From: Thermovirgaceae bacterium
GTDB lineage: Bacteria; Synergistota; Synergistia; Synergistales; Thermovirgaceae
Assembly: GCA_040767805.1 (NCBI GenBank)
Contig: JAXGNU010000003.1
Coordinates: forward strand, 96,001-160,000
Reading direction: 5' to 3'
Length of the DNA stretch: 64,000 nucleotides
The notes under the pieces are model-generated. The model saw nothing but the letters and a program-made list of their open reading frames with translations. It was not told the DNA's origin and searched no databases. Shown here piece after piece: positions 11,313 to 20,949 of this stretch; positions within the stretch are counted from its first letter, which is position 1, and each line of letters opens with the position of its first letter. A program made the translations under genes and the position numbers.

Positions 11313-12200
11313 CTAGATGGACCTGGACGCCTGTCTCACAAAACGGGACGCGGCGAGCCAGCTGCAGACCCAGCCGACGGACAGGCCCGCCAGGACCAGG
11401 ACGCCACCTACCCTGAGGACGATGATCCTGTCGGTGAGCAACCTCAGGAAAGGAAGGGATCTTTCCAGTGTGGTGAGGGCCATCCCGTAGGAAAACCAAA
11501 GCAGCAGGACCGACAGCGCCGCGCCCAGGGTCCCGAGAAGGACCCCCTGCAGGACGTAGGGAAAGATCACGAAACTCCTGGAGGCGCCGACGAGGAGCAT
11601 TTTGCCTATCTCGTCCTTCCTGGCGTACACGCCGATGCGGATCGTGTTGAACAGCACCAGGGCCGCCGAGGCCATGGAGACCACGAGCACGACCAAGGAC
11701 AGCCTGGAGACGAAACGGGAGATCTTTTGCAGCCTCTCGGCGATATCCCCCGCGTAGACCACTTCTTCCACCTCGGGCATGGCGATCAGTTCCCGGGCGA
11801 TGACCGTCGCGAAGGACGCTTTTTTCACCTGTACCTCCACGCTGGGGGGTAGGGGGTTTTCCTCCAGCAGGGCCACCGCTTCGGCAAGCTTGCCGAGCCT
11901 TGCCTTGAGGCGTTCCAGGGCTTCCTTGGCGGTCACGACCCTCACCGATGAGACCGAATCGTAGGAGATGGCCTTCCGCGCCACCGCTTCCAAGGCTTCC
12001 TCAGAATCTTGGACGTAAGCCTGGATCGTGAGGTCTCCCTCGACGGTCTCGATGAGGTACCGGGTGTTGAGGACGAAGAGGATGCTTGCCCCCACGAGGA
12101 AGAAGACCGCCACGGAGGTGAGGACTGTCAGGAAGCTCAAACCGGAATGCCTGGAGAGGAGTCTCCAGGTATCCCTGATCATGTACCTAAAGGTCCCCAT
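11313..12200 (-). CDS. ftsX: Cell division permease FtsX
   Basis: ENPLP, NTIRIGVYAR..EI..MLLVGAS motifs, 4 TM. Confidence 0.92.
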   Translation of the reverse strand: MGTFRYMIRDTWRLLSRHSGLSFLTVLTSVAVFFLVGASILFVLNTRYLIETVEGDLTIQAYVQDSEEALEAVARKAISYDSVSSVRVVTAKEALERLKARLGKLAEAVALLEENPLPPSVEVQVKKASFATVIARELIAMPEVEEVVYAGDIAERLQKISRFVSRLSLVVLVVSMASAALVLFNTIRIGVYARKDEIGKMLLVGASRSFVIFPYVLQGVLLGTLGAALSVLLLWFSYGMALTTLERSLPFLRLLTDRIIVLRVGGVLVLAGLSVGWVCSWLAASRFVRQASRSI

Positions 12201-12882
12201 CGGATCGGTACCTGCCCTTCCTCTCGTCCCTGATCAGCCGCCCCTTGCGGAGTTCGACGACCCTTTGGCGATAGGAATCGACGATGTACTGGTTGTGGGT
12301 CGCCACCACCAGGGTGGTCCCGGAGGCGTTGATCGACAGCAGGAGCTGGAGGATCTCGTCGGCCGTGTCCATGTCGAGGTTGCCCGTGGGCTCATCGGCC
12401 AGGAGGATCGAAGGGGAATTGGCGATGGCCCTCCCTATGGCCACCCTCTGCTGTTCACCGCCCGAGATCTGCTCCGGGAAAAGGTTCCTCTTCCTCCAAA
12501 GGCCGAGGCGGTCTAGCACTTCGTTGGTCCTCTTCTGCGCGCTTTGAAAGGGGACCCCGATCACTTCCTGCACGAAGGCGATGTTCTCATGTACCGTCAG
12601 GTCGGGAAGAAGCCGGAAATCCTGGAAGACCACCCCGATATTCCTCCTGAGGTAGGCCAGGTTATGGGAGGCTATCTTCCTTATGTTGACGTCGCCCACG
12701 GTAACCCGCCCCCTGGTGGGCACCAGTTCCCGGGTGACAAGCCTGAGAAGGGTCGTCTTGCCGGATCCCGTGGGCCCCACAAGGTAAACGAACTCCCCCT
12801 TGTCGATGGAGAGGAAAATATCCTGGAGGGCGACGATATCCGGGGGGAACTGTTTGGTCACGCCGGCGAACCGTATCTCCAT
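12187..12882 (-). CDS. ftsE: Cell division ATP-binding protein FtsE
   Basis: GPTGSGKT, VFQDFRLL, SGGEQQRVAIGRA, DEPTGNLD; overlaps ftsX. Confidence 0.93.
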   Translation of the reverse strand: MEIRFAGVTKQFPPDIVALQDIFLSIDKGEFVYLVGPTGSGKTTLLRLVTRELVPTRGRVTVGDVNIRKIASHNLAYLRRNIGVVFQDFRLLPDLTVHENIAFVQEVIGVPFQSAQKRTNEVLDRLGLWRKRNLFPEQISGGEQQRVAIGRAIANSPSILLADEPTGNLDMDTADEILQLLLSINASGTTLVVATHNQYIVDSYRQRVVELRKGRLIRDERKGRYRSDGDL

Positions 12883-12885
12883 CCA

Positions 12886-13824
12886 TTACCTCCTGCGCAT
12901 GGACCACACCTGGGCCGACTCCCCCACGATCTCCCTGAAGGTCAACCCGTAGTATTCCTGCAGTTCCAGGGGGGTCCCGCTCTGCCCGTACCGGTCGCTT
13001 ACGGCGACGCTCCTCACGGGTACGGGGTTCTCCGAGGCGGAAAGGGCGGCGACGGCCTCCCCCAGCCCCCCGATCGTGTTATGCTCCTCCGCCACAACAC
13101 AGCACCCCGTCCTCCTCAGCGACGATAGGATCAAACGGGAGGGCAGGGGTTTCAGGCAGAAACAGTCGATCACTTCGGCGTTTATGCCTTGTTGGGAGAG
13201 GATCCTTGCGGCCTTCAACGCTTCGTGGACCATGATACCACAGGCACAAAGGGTGACGCCGTCTCCCTCCACCAGGAGCCTCCCCCCGCCGATGCGCATT
13301 TCGGTCTCGTCGAAGGGGCCCGTGTCGGGGACCTCGTCACGGCCCAGCCGGACATAAACGGGGCCCGGGTGTTCGAGGGCCAGCATCGCCATCGCGGAAG
13401 AGGAATCGAAGTCCGAAGGCACGAGGATGGAGATCCCCGGCAGGATTCTCATCAGCGCCACGTCCTGGTTCATCTGGTGCACGGCACCGTCTTCCCCGGC
13501 GGAGAGGCCCGAATGGGTCCCGACCAGGACGGCCCCAAGATCCGGGATCGCCAGGCAGGTCCTGACCTGGTCGAAGGACCTCGCGGTGAGGAAGGCCGAC
13601 GGAGCGACGGCGACGGGTTTCTTGCCGTCAAGGGCTAGGCCCGCCGCGGTGGTCACCATGTCCTGTTCTGAGGCCCCGCAGTTGATCGTTCTCTCGGGAA
13701 ACAGCGAGGCAAAGGGGGTGACGATCTCGCTCCCGGCCATGTCCGCGTGAAGGAGAACCACGTCGTTCCTCCCCCGGCCCAGCCTAACGAGTCCCTGTCC
13801 GAAACCGGAAAGGGTGCTTCTCAT
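12886..13824 (-). CDS. Transketolase-like protein, pyrimidine-binding/C-terminal subunit
   Basis: EQDMV..AAGLA, GTHSG..GEDGAVHQ, GPVYVRLGR, EEHN..GGLG motifs. Confidence 0.88.
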   Translation of the reverse strand: MRSTLSGFGQGLVRLGRGRNDVVLLHADMAGSEIVTPFASLFPERTINCGASEQDMVTTAAGLALDGKKPVAVAPSAFLTARSFDQVRTCLAIPDLGAVLVGTHSGLSAGEDGAVHQMNQDVALMRILPGISILVPSDFDSSSAMAMLALEHPGPVYVRLGRDEVPDTGPFDETEMRIGGGRLLVEGDGVTLCACGIMVHEALKAARILSQQGINAEVIDCFCLKPLPSRLILSSLRRTGCCVVAEEHNTIGGLGEAVAALSASENPVPVRSVAVSDRYGQSGTPLELQEYYGLTFREIVGESAQVWSMRRR

Positions 13825-14678
13825 GGCTTCACCCCCTCTTCCATCTCACCCGAAGCCAGCTCCAGCTCCCTGAGGGCCTGTTCCATCCCGTTCCGATCCA
13901 GGAGGCGGCCCGGCTTCTCCAACGACCCTTTTTCCGCGGAAGAGACGCCTTTGCCGGGGATGGTCCTCGCCAGTATCACGCGGGGAATTCCACCGGGATC
14001 CGAGTGCGCCCTCGACAGCGCCCTTTCCAGGTGATCGAAATTATGGCCATCGGCTTCCATCACTCTCCAGCCCAAGGTCTCGAACCTTTTCCTCTCCGAG
14101 GCTCCCTTCCCGGGGGTCAGGGCGGGCGCCGAAGGCGGGGCGCTGGAATCCACCACTACCGTCAACCCTTCGAAACCCAGGATGCTCGCCCGAAGGACCG
14201 ATTCCCACAGGGATCCCTCCTGGAGTTCCTCGGAACCGATGACGCAGAAGACCCTCCTGTCGTTGCCGTCCATCCGGGAGGAAAGCAACAGTCCCTTGGC
14301 GATGCCTATGGCCATCCCCCTCGACCCACCGGGGGCGTCGACACCGGGCGTCCTGGCGTGCTCGGGCCTACCCTGGAGCATCGCCCCCAGGCGGCGGTAA
14401 TTCCAGAGTTCCTCCCTTTCAAAGAAGCCTCGCCTGGCGAGGACCGCGTATAGGGCAGGACTCGCGTTGTCCTTGCTGAAGACGAGCCTGTCCCTCTCCG
14501 GCCATAGTGGTTCATCGGGCCTTATCTTCAGTACCTTCCAGTAGAGGTAGACCAGGATGTCCACGACGGAAAGGGAAGAATCCAGGTGGCCCGCCCTTGA
14601 AACGCCGGTCATCCTGACGATATCCTTTCTCACTTCCAGGGCCGTCCTTTCCAGTTCCCGCCTTTGTGAGGCTTTCAT
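13821..14678 (-). CDS. Transketolase-like protein, N-terminal subunit with degenerate active site
   Basis: Overall TK N-domain pattern (GH..SLS, RDR, LQG.P, QEG, DGH, T..GKG), but GDG became GSE, SKGH became SKDN and GHP became GRP. Confidence 0.85.
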   Translation of the reverse strand: MKASQRRELERTALEVRKDIVRMTGVSRAGHLDSSLSVVDILVYLYWKVLKIRPDEPLWPERDRLVFSKDNASPALYAVLARRGFFEREELWNYRRLGAMLQGRPEHARTPGVDAPGGSRGMAIGIAKGLLLSSRMDGNDRRVFCVIGSEELQEGSLWESVLRASILGFEGLTVVVDSSAPPSAPALTPGKGASERKRFETLGWRVMEADGHNFDHLERALSRAHSDPGGIPRVILARTIPGKGVSSAEKGSLEKPGRLLDRNGMEQALRELELASGEMEEGVKP

Positions 14679-14682
14679 TCAA

Positions 14683-15717
14683 TCACTCTCCTGAGAGCAT
14701 TCCTTCAAGGGTACGGCGGAAAACCTCCTCCAGCGCGCCCCTTGCCTCGTTGAGCCTGGCCTCCTTCCGGGGTTCCCGCGGGAAAGAAGGAACTTCCGCT
14801 TCATCCCACAAGGGCAGGTCCCAGTCCTCGGCGAAGGACCTGACCTTGGGGTCATAGGGTACCGCCAGGCAGGGCACGCCGGCAAGGACCGAGATGAGGC
14901 AAAAGTGGAGCCTCATGCCCACGGCAGCCCTCGCTTTCAACCATAGCGCCTGAGCCTCGAAAGCGCAGGTTACGCGGACGATCCGGGAGAGGTTGAGCAT
15001 CCCCCGGGACCGTAGACCCTCCATGAGGGACTCATCTTCACCGGAAAGAGCCACTCCGACCATGTCAAGCCCCGACCTTTCCCCAGCCTCGGTCGCCGAG
15101 AGGGAAGCGGCTTCGGGAAGCCCCCCTCCCCAGGGCCTGATATTCACGAGGAGAAGGTCCCCATCCCCGCCGCTGGGAAAACCGGGGGCCATCGTGAAAA
15201 CGGGGTCAGGGGCTATCTCTCCGGCCATACCCCACTCTTCCAGGAACGACATCGACCCCTTGTCCCTGACCACCCTCGCCTGGCAAAGGGAAAGGGCGTC
15301 ACGGGCCAGGAAACGGGCCATGCCCCTCTCCAGGGGGCCTATCGACTGGCCGAAGGCCCAGGGCCTGCAACCGGCGAGGCGGGCCATCCTGGTCACCCCC
15401 CAGTAATAAGCGCTGGACCTCGCGCTGGTGGAATCCTGGAAGAGACCGCCGCCGCCTAGGAGAAGCGTCCTGCTGGACCTCAAGGCGGACATGACCTCCA
15501 GGGGGCTCCAGCGGTTGACCCGGGATACTCCTCCCCGGCCTGCCGAGATCCCTTGGGCGGCCGAAAGCACCGCTACCCTTTCACCAGGCACGCCGTTCTT
15601 GTTCATAAGGTCCAGGAGGCTTTCAGCCATCAGTTCGTCTCCGAGGTTCCCGAAACCGTAATAACCACAAAGGACAACGTCCAGCGGCCGGCTCACCCCG
15701 CGACGACCCCCTGCCAC
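14683..15717 (-). CDS. csaB: Polysaccharide pyruvyl transferase CsaB
   Basis: GYYGFGNLGDE, GGGGLFQDSTS, GQSIGPL, VRD, PDPVF, GMRLH, YDPKV motifs. Confidence 0.9.
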   Translation of the reverse strand: MAGGRRGVSRPLDVVLCGYYGFGNLGDELMAESLLDLMNKNGVPGERVAVLSAAQGISAGRGGVSRVNRWSPLEVMSALRSSRTLLLGGGGLFQDSTSARSSAYYWGVTRMARLAGCRPWAFGQSIGPLERGMARFLARDALSLCQARVVRDKGSMSFLEEWGMAGEIAPDPVFTMAPGFPSGGDGDLLLVNIRPWGGGLPEAASLSATEAGERSGLDMVGVALSGEDESLMEGLRSRGMLNLSRIVRVTCAFEAQALWLKARAAVGMRLHFCLISVLAGVPCLAVPYDPKVRSFAEDWDLPLWDEAEVPSFPREPRKEARLNEARGALEEVFRRTLEGMLSGE

Positions 15718-17603
15718 CTTCTCCAGGCCGGGATGACCAGGAACACAAGGACCGCCGCCATGACGGAGCCCACGATGAGTCCGGTCCAGAGCCCGTTAAA
15801 AACGCGCAGCAGTATGAAGGAAAGGTGCGTGTGGAAATGGCAGAAGCTGTTCACCACCGACGAAAAGGCCAACGTGGCGCCAACCCGGAAGACCTCGCGA
15901 TATTCCCCCCAGATATCCTTTCTCCTCACGACGAACCAGAGCACCAGGGCAGGGTAGCCCGCGAAGATCTCCTTTGTCCTGGGCCTGGCTATCAGCAATT
16001 GCTCCAGGAACTCCCTGAACCTGATCTCCCAGCCGGGGACGAAGGATACGTTCCCGCTCCTGAGGGCCATGACGCCGGCGGCGGCGGCCACTACTCCCAC
16101 GAGGGCCAATTCGCCCCAGGAAGGCGGTCTTGACAGGACCTGGGTCAGCGATTCGGGGTGAACCCTCCTCTTCAAATCGTGAAGGAGCAGGATCAGCGGT
16201 GGGAGCAGGAGCGCTGCCTTGACCCCGGAGAAGGCGCCCATCCTCAGCATGTACCAGGGGGTCCCGAAAAAGGAAGCGATGGAAAGACCAGAGATGACGG
16301 CGACGGCCACGCCGCAGATCACCCCCCTGAGGGGGCGCCGGAAGTCCTCGAGGGCAAACAGGGAGGCCTCGGTCGCGGCGAAGGAGGCGACCAGGGCCCC
16401 GGAGACCCGGGCAACGACCGGGACCTTCAGGGAGAGAAAGGCGATGGCCACCGAAAGGGCGAGTGAGGCCACCGCTTCCTTCAGGCCGATGTCGCCCCCC
16501 TCCATCGAAAGGAACCTTGCTATCAGCCTCCCCGCCAGTGCTGCCATGACAAGGCCGAGGGCGAGGGCCGCGAAGGGGCTCGTGCCCCAGCGACCCATTG
16601 TTTCGGGCCATCCGGTGCGGATCCCCAGCGAGCCCAGCCGCCCCGATATCCTGGCGCACTCGTCGGCGAACCTCTTCAGCCTGGATCCGGAGTGGAGGTC
16701 CGAGGGCCTCAGGTAAAGGATCTTGACCGAGCGTTCCCGGGAGGCCCGGACAAATCTCTCCACCAGGTCGTCCCGGGTGAGCCTCCTGCTCAGGATCTCC
16801 TCTCTCCTAACGCTGTGCAGGGAAAGGATGCCCGGGAAAAGGCCCCTCTCGAGGAGAGCGGTGCCGATCTGCTGGGAGAACTCCACCTTTGATACGGGGA
16901 CGCCCCGCTTCCGGAGAACCTCCACAAGGGGGCCTAGGTCCGGGTAACCGGCGACGAAAAGGCCCGCCGGGACGACGGCTCGGATCTCGGGGAAGGCATC
17001 CAGCACCGTGGCAACCGCGAGGGCCACGTCTTCGCCCCCGACGCCTGGGGTCGACCCTGGGCGATAGACCAGGGGGATACCTCCCCCCTTGAGCAACTCC
17101 AGCATGGGGTAGTCCGGGAGTACGCCCGCCTCAAGGGTCTCGGCCAGGGAAAGGGGTAGTACAAGCAGTTCCCCCCGGTCCAGGCCTATGACCCTGCTAC
17201 CGGGATACTTTTTAAGGACGAAAGACCTGATCTCGCCGGAAAAGGGAGACCCCGCTCGAAGGAGGAGGGCCGCCGAGTCGGGGTACAGGCCCTCAGGCCT
17301 CGGTCCCGGGAGGAGTTCCCCCACGGACCCGAACCCCAGGTCCAGCACTCCCTCCATGAGTTCCTGGCCCGTCAGCTCCCCCACGGCCACAGCGGTGAGG
17401 CCCCGCCCCAACAGTACATCGAGGGTCGCGGGAACGGGCAGTTCCGACTCCCTGGCAAGGCTTGCGATATCCCTCATATCGGTGACAAGGGCCGCCACGT
17501 TTCCCTGTCTTTCGGCCCTGACCCGAGGGAGAAGCCCGGCGGCCGCTAAAAGGGCGGCAACCGCCAACGCCGCTGTAAAAAAGAAGGATCGCCCTTTCCT
17601 CAC
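15693..17603 (-). CDS. DUF5693-like membrane protein
   Basis: N-terminal TM, extracytoplasmic domain (RASRERSVK), C-terminal TM bundle with F.GVK, RSGN, RPRTKE, NSFCHFHT; typical csaB neighbour. Confidence 0.75.
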   Translation of the reverse strand: MRKGRSFFFTAALAVAALLAAAGLLPRVRAERQGNVAALVTDMRDIASLARESELPVPATLDVLLGRGLTAVAVGELTGQELMEGVLDLGFGSVGELLPGPRPEGLYPDSAALLLRAGSPFSGEIRSFVLKKYPGSRVIGLDRGELLVLPLSLAETLEAGVLPDYPMLELLKGGGIPLVYRPGSTPGVGGEDVALAVATVLDAFPEIRAVVPAGLFVAGYPDLGPLVEVLRKRGVPVSKVEFSQQIGTALLERGLFPGILSLHSVRREEILSRRLTRDDLVERFVRASRERSVKILYLRPSDLHSGSRLKRFADECARISGRLGSLGIRTGWPETMGRWGTSPFAALALGLVMAALAGRLIARFLSMEGGDIGLKEAVASLALSVAIAFLSLKVPVVARVSGALVASFAATEASLFALEDFRRPLRGVICGVAVAVISGLSIASFFGTPWYMLRMGAFSGVKAALLLPPLILLLHDLKRRVHPESLTQVLSRPPSWGELALVGVVAAAAGVMALRSGNVSFVPGWEIRFREFLEQLLIARPRTKEIFAGYPALVLWFVVRRKDIWGEYREVFRVGATLAFSSVVNSFCHFHTHLSFILLRVFNGLWTGLIVGSVMAAVLVFLVIPAWRRWQGVVAG

Positions 17604-18214
17604 ACTCTTTCACCCCACTGATCCTCGAGGGGGATCCCCATACCCTCCAACAGCCTGCTCAACGTGAAGAGGGGAAGTCCCACGACGTTAAAATAACAGC
17701 CCTTTATGGAACGGACAAGCAGCGAACCCCATCCCTGGATGGCGTAGGCCCCGGCCTTGTCCCCACTCTCGTTCCCCGAAAGGTAAGCCCTGATCTGCCG
17801 ATCCGTAAGGACCCTGAAAGTGACCAGCGTCTCTTCTGTTGCCGATGCCGACCGGTCCCCCCACCGTACGGCGACGCCGGTGATGACCTTGTGGGTTTTC
17901 CCCGAGAGGAGGCGGAGCATCCGGAAGGCATCGCCGGGGTTTTCGGGTTTCCCCAGGATCATCGCTTCAAGAACGACTATCGTATCAGCCGCTACTACGA
18001 GGGAACTCCGCTGGGAAGCGCAAACCGAGTCAGCCTTCGCCTCCGCCAGCCTTAGCGCCTGCTCCCCGGGGTCGCCCCCATTAACGATCCCCTCATCGAC
18101 GGCGGGCGGCACAACCCTGAAGCGCCACCCCAGGTCGCGAAGGAGAGCCTCCCGTCTTGGGCTGGCCGAAGCCAGGACCATGTCGGGAAAAGGGTGAGGG
18201 TCATGCCCGGTCAT
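17600..18214 (-). CDS. maf: Maf/YhdE nucleotide pyrophosphatase
   Basis: LASASPRR, ADTIV, GKP, DKAGAYAIQG, NVVGLP motifs. Confidence 0.93.
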   Translation of the reverse strand: MTGHDPHPFPDMVLASASPRREALLRDLGWRFRVVPPAVDEGIVNGGDPGEQALRLAEAKADSVCASQRSSLVVAADTIVVLEAMILGKPENPGDAFRMLRLLSGKTHKVITGVAVRWGDRSASATEETLVTFRVLTDRQIRAYLSGNESGDKAGAYAIQGWGSLLVRSIKGCYFNVVGLPLFTLSRLLEGMGIPLEDQWGERV

Positions 18215-18453
18215 CGAACCACCAGCACCCCGAAGGTCCCCCCGATCAGGGACCCGAGGTTCGCGCGGATGTAAAGCCGGAAGCCGAGATCGATGAAGAT
18301 GAGGTCGAGGTTTCTCATATCGAAGCCGACATCTATGATATTACGGAAAAGCCTCTCGGTGGCCTGGAATCTCTGCAGGAAAACCCCCAGGATGCTGCCG
18401 AGGATCACGCAAAGGACCACGACCCACCACCTCTTGTACGAGACTTTGGCCAT
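18211..18453 (-). CDS. Small membrane protein, DUF4321-like
   Basis: Start MAKVSYK after GGGGTG; two TM segments; the maf-adjacent position is typical of DUF4321. Confidence 0.65.
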   Translation of the reverse strand: MAKVSYKRWWVVVLCVILGSILGVFLQRFQATERLFRNIIDVGFDMRNLDLIFIDLGFRLYIRANLGSLIGGTFGVLVVR

Positions 18454-18457
18454 TTCT

Positions 18458-19264
18458 TCACCCCCTGAACAGTTTGAACACCACCACAAGGAGACCCGCT
18501 GTCAAGCAGTAAAGGGAAAAGAAACCCAGCCTCCCCCTGGTGACGACCCTGCGGAGAACGCTTAAGGCCAAAAGCCCCGACCCGAAGGCGACCACCACCC
18601 CTATCCACCAACCCTTCGGCAGCGACGTGAGCACTCCGGACAGGCCACCCGCCTCGGTCACCTCGAGGATGGCCGCGCCGAGGATTGCGGGGAGGGATAG
18701 GAGAAAGGAAAAGGAGAAGGCCTCTTCACGGGAAAGTCCCGCCCGGAGCCCCGTCACGATGGTGGTCCCGGACCTGGAGATGCCCGGGAAGACCGCCAAA
18801 CCCTGGGCGAGGCCGACCTTGAGGCCCGAGGACAATGAGACAGGAAGTTCCCCGGGGGAAATCCGGCTCCCGTAGCGCAGGACGAAACCTGTCACCAGGA
18901 GGGCGAAGCCCACGAAAAGGGTGGAAGTGAAGAGGACATCCACTACCGGCTTGACGATAAGGACCACCAGGGCCGTCAGCAGCGTGCCCACGATGACGCC
19001 CCAGCCGTACTTCCAACCGGGAAGCCCGCGCCCCTCCGCTGTAAAGAGGCCAAGGAGCCACTCCCGTAGGTTTCTCATTATGTCAACCCGAAAGAAAAGG
19101 ACTGTGGCGGCCATGGTGGCCAGGTGGAGCACCACGGCGAAGGGAAGGCCCGGGCCCGACCAGCCGAAAAGGTCCTGGACGATAACCAGGTGGCCGGAGC
19201 TGCTCACGGGGAGAAATTCTGTAATACCCTGGACGAGGCCCAGTACGGCGGATTGAAGGTACAA
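18458..19264 (-). CDS. uppP: Undecaprenyl-diphosphate phosphatase
   Basis: QGITEFLPVSSSGH and PGISRSG motifs. Confidence 0.95.
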   Translation of the reverse strand: MYLQSAVLGLVQGITEFLPVSSSGHLVIVQDLFGWSGPGLPFAVVLHLATMAATVLFFRVDIMRNLREWLLGLFTAEGRGLPGWKYGWGVIVGTLLTALVVLIVKPVVDVLFTSTLFVGFALLVTGFVLRYGSRISPGELPVSLSSGLKVGLAQGLAVFPGISRSGTTIVTGLRAGLSREEAFSFSFLLSLPAILGAAILEVTEAGGLSGVLTSLPKGWWIGVVVAFGSGLLALSVLRRVVTRGRLGFFSLYCLTAGLLVVVFKLFRG

Positions 19265-19267
19265 GGG

Positions 19268-20887
19268 TCATGCCTCCTTGGCACGGATGAGGTTTATATC
19301 CTTTACTATCAGGGCTATGTTGTTGGCGTGATCGCCCACCCGTTCAAGGTTGCTCAAGATATCGATGAAGATCACCCCCGAACCCGGGTTACACACTCCC
19401 TGGTTCAACCGGTCGATGTGGCGCCTCCTCAGGCTTCTCTCCATCGCGTCGATCTCGTCCTCCAGGACGAAGACCTGTTGGGCCTTATCGCCGTCGGCCG
19501 TATCGAGGGCTTCCACCGCGAGCCTCGCGGTCTTCTCGGAGAGGTCTATCATAACTGCGAATTCCTCCATGGCGACATCGGAGAAGGGAAGGTTATGCTC
19601 TATCTTGTATTCATAGAGTTCTATCAGGTTCTCGGCGTGATCCCCCATCCTTTCTATATCACCCACACCGTTCACGTAACTGGATAACGACGATGAGAGG
19701 ACCGGGGGCAGGCTGACCTGCATCAGTTCCGCCGAGTAGGACGCCACTTCCCTGTTCAGCTCATTCACGACCCTCTCGGTCTGGTGTACCTGTTCGATCA
19801 TCCTCCGGTCGTCATGGATGAAGGCGGTCTTTACGTCCCTCAGCATATCCAGGGTGAGCATCCCCATCCTGACCAGTTCCTTGCGGACCGCATCAACGGC
19901 GGCTATGGGCGATGCCTTGATCAGGTTGCGGTCCAGGAACCTCGGGCCCATCAGCACCATCTCCTCGTCATCGGGGATGATGGACTTCACCAGGCCCACG
20001 AAGGGGTCCACGAAGGGGAGGAACAGCAGGGTGTTGAGGACGTTGAAAAGGGTGTGGGCGTTGGCCAGCTGGCGGGCGATATCCGATGAAGTGAGCAGCA
20101 CGAGCTCCTTAAAGGGCCCGACAAGGGCAAGGAATATGGCCACCCCGATGACCTTGAAGAGAACGTGGGCGAGGGCCGACTGCCTCGCCGATCGGTTCAT
20201 CCCCAGCGAGGCCAATACCGCCGTGATGGTGGTCCCGATGTTGTCCCCGAACAGGATGGGGATGGCCGAGTCCAGGGTGAGAAGCCCCTGGGACCCCATG
20301 ACGATGGTCAGGCCGACCGTGGCGGAACTGGATTGGACCAGCATGGTGATGACCGTCCCAGCCAGCACTCCCAGGATGGGGTGATGCTGGAAAGCGAGGT
20401 AGATGTCCTGGCGTTCCCTCAGGAAACTCATGGCGTTCCCCATGGTCACCATCCCCAGGAAGAGGAGGCCGAAACCGACTATCCCGTTGCCGATGAATTT
20501 CTGTTTCTTGCTCCTCCCGAACACGGCGAAAAGCATACCGAAACCTATCAGGGGAAGGGCGAAATCCCCTATCTTGAAGGCCACCAGCTGAGCCGTGACG
20601 GTGGTGCCTATCGCCGCCCCCATCATGACCCCCACGGACTGCTTCAGCGACATGAGCCCGGCGTGAACGAAGCTCGCCGTCATCACCGTCGTAGCCCCGC
20701 TGGCCTGGATCACTGCCGTTATCAGGGCCCCCACGGCCACTCCCTTCAAGGGAGAACTGGTGAGGGCCGAGATCAGGCGCCTCATCCTGTCACCCGCGAG
20801 GTCCTGCAGCGACTCCCCCATCAGCTTGATGCCGTACAGGAAGAGCCCCACCCCCCCGAGGAGGTTGAAAAGAAGCCCCGTCGTCAA
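19268..20887 (-). CDS. Na/Pi cotransporter family protein with PhoU domains
   Basis: QASGATTV / QSSSATV repeats, GDNIGTT, two ERxGDH PhoU repeats. Confidence 0.9.
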   Translation of the reverse strand: MTTGLLFNLLGGVGLFLYGIKLMGESLQDLAGDRMRRLISALTSSPLKGVAVGALITAVIQASGATTVMTASFVHAGLMSLKQSVGVMMGAAIGTTVTAQLVAFKIGDFALPLIGFGMLFAVFGRSKKQKFIGNGIVGFGLLFLGMVTMGNAMSFLRERQDIYLAFQHHPILGVLAGTVITMLVQSSSATVGLTIVMGSQGLLTLDSAIPILFGDNIGTTITAVLASLGMNRSARQSALAHVLFKVIGVAIFLALVGPFKELVLLTSSDIARQLANAHTLFNVLNTLLFLPFVDPFVGLVKSIIPDDEEMVLMGPRFLDRNLIKASPIAAVDAVRKELVRMGMLTLDMLRDVKTAFIHDDRRMIEQVHQTERVVNELNREVASYSAELMQVSLPPVLSSSLSSYVNGVGDIERMGDHAENLIELYEYKIEHNLPFSDVAMEEFAVMIDLSEKTARLAVEALDTADGDKAQQVFVLEDEIDAMERSLRRRHIDRLNQGVCNPGSGVIFIDILSNLERVGDHANNIALIVKDINLIRAKEA

Positions 20888-20949
20888 ACCCTCACCGCCC
20901 TTTCCAGGTAAAAAAACCGAAGTGGAACCGCCTCGCGGCCAAGACAGGC

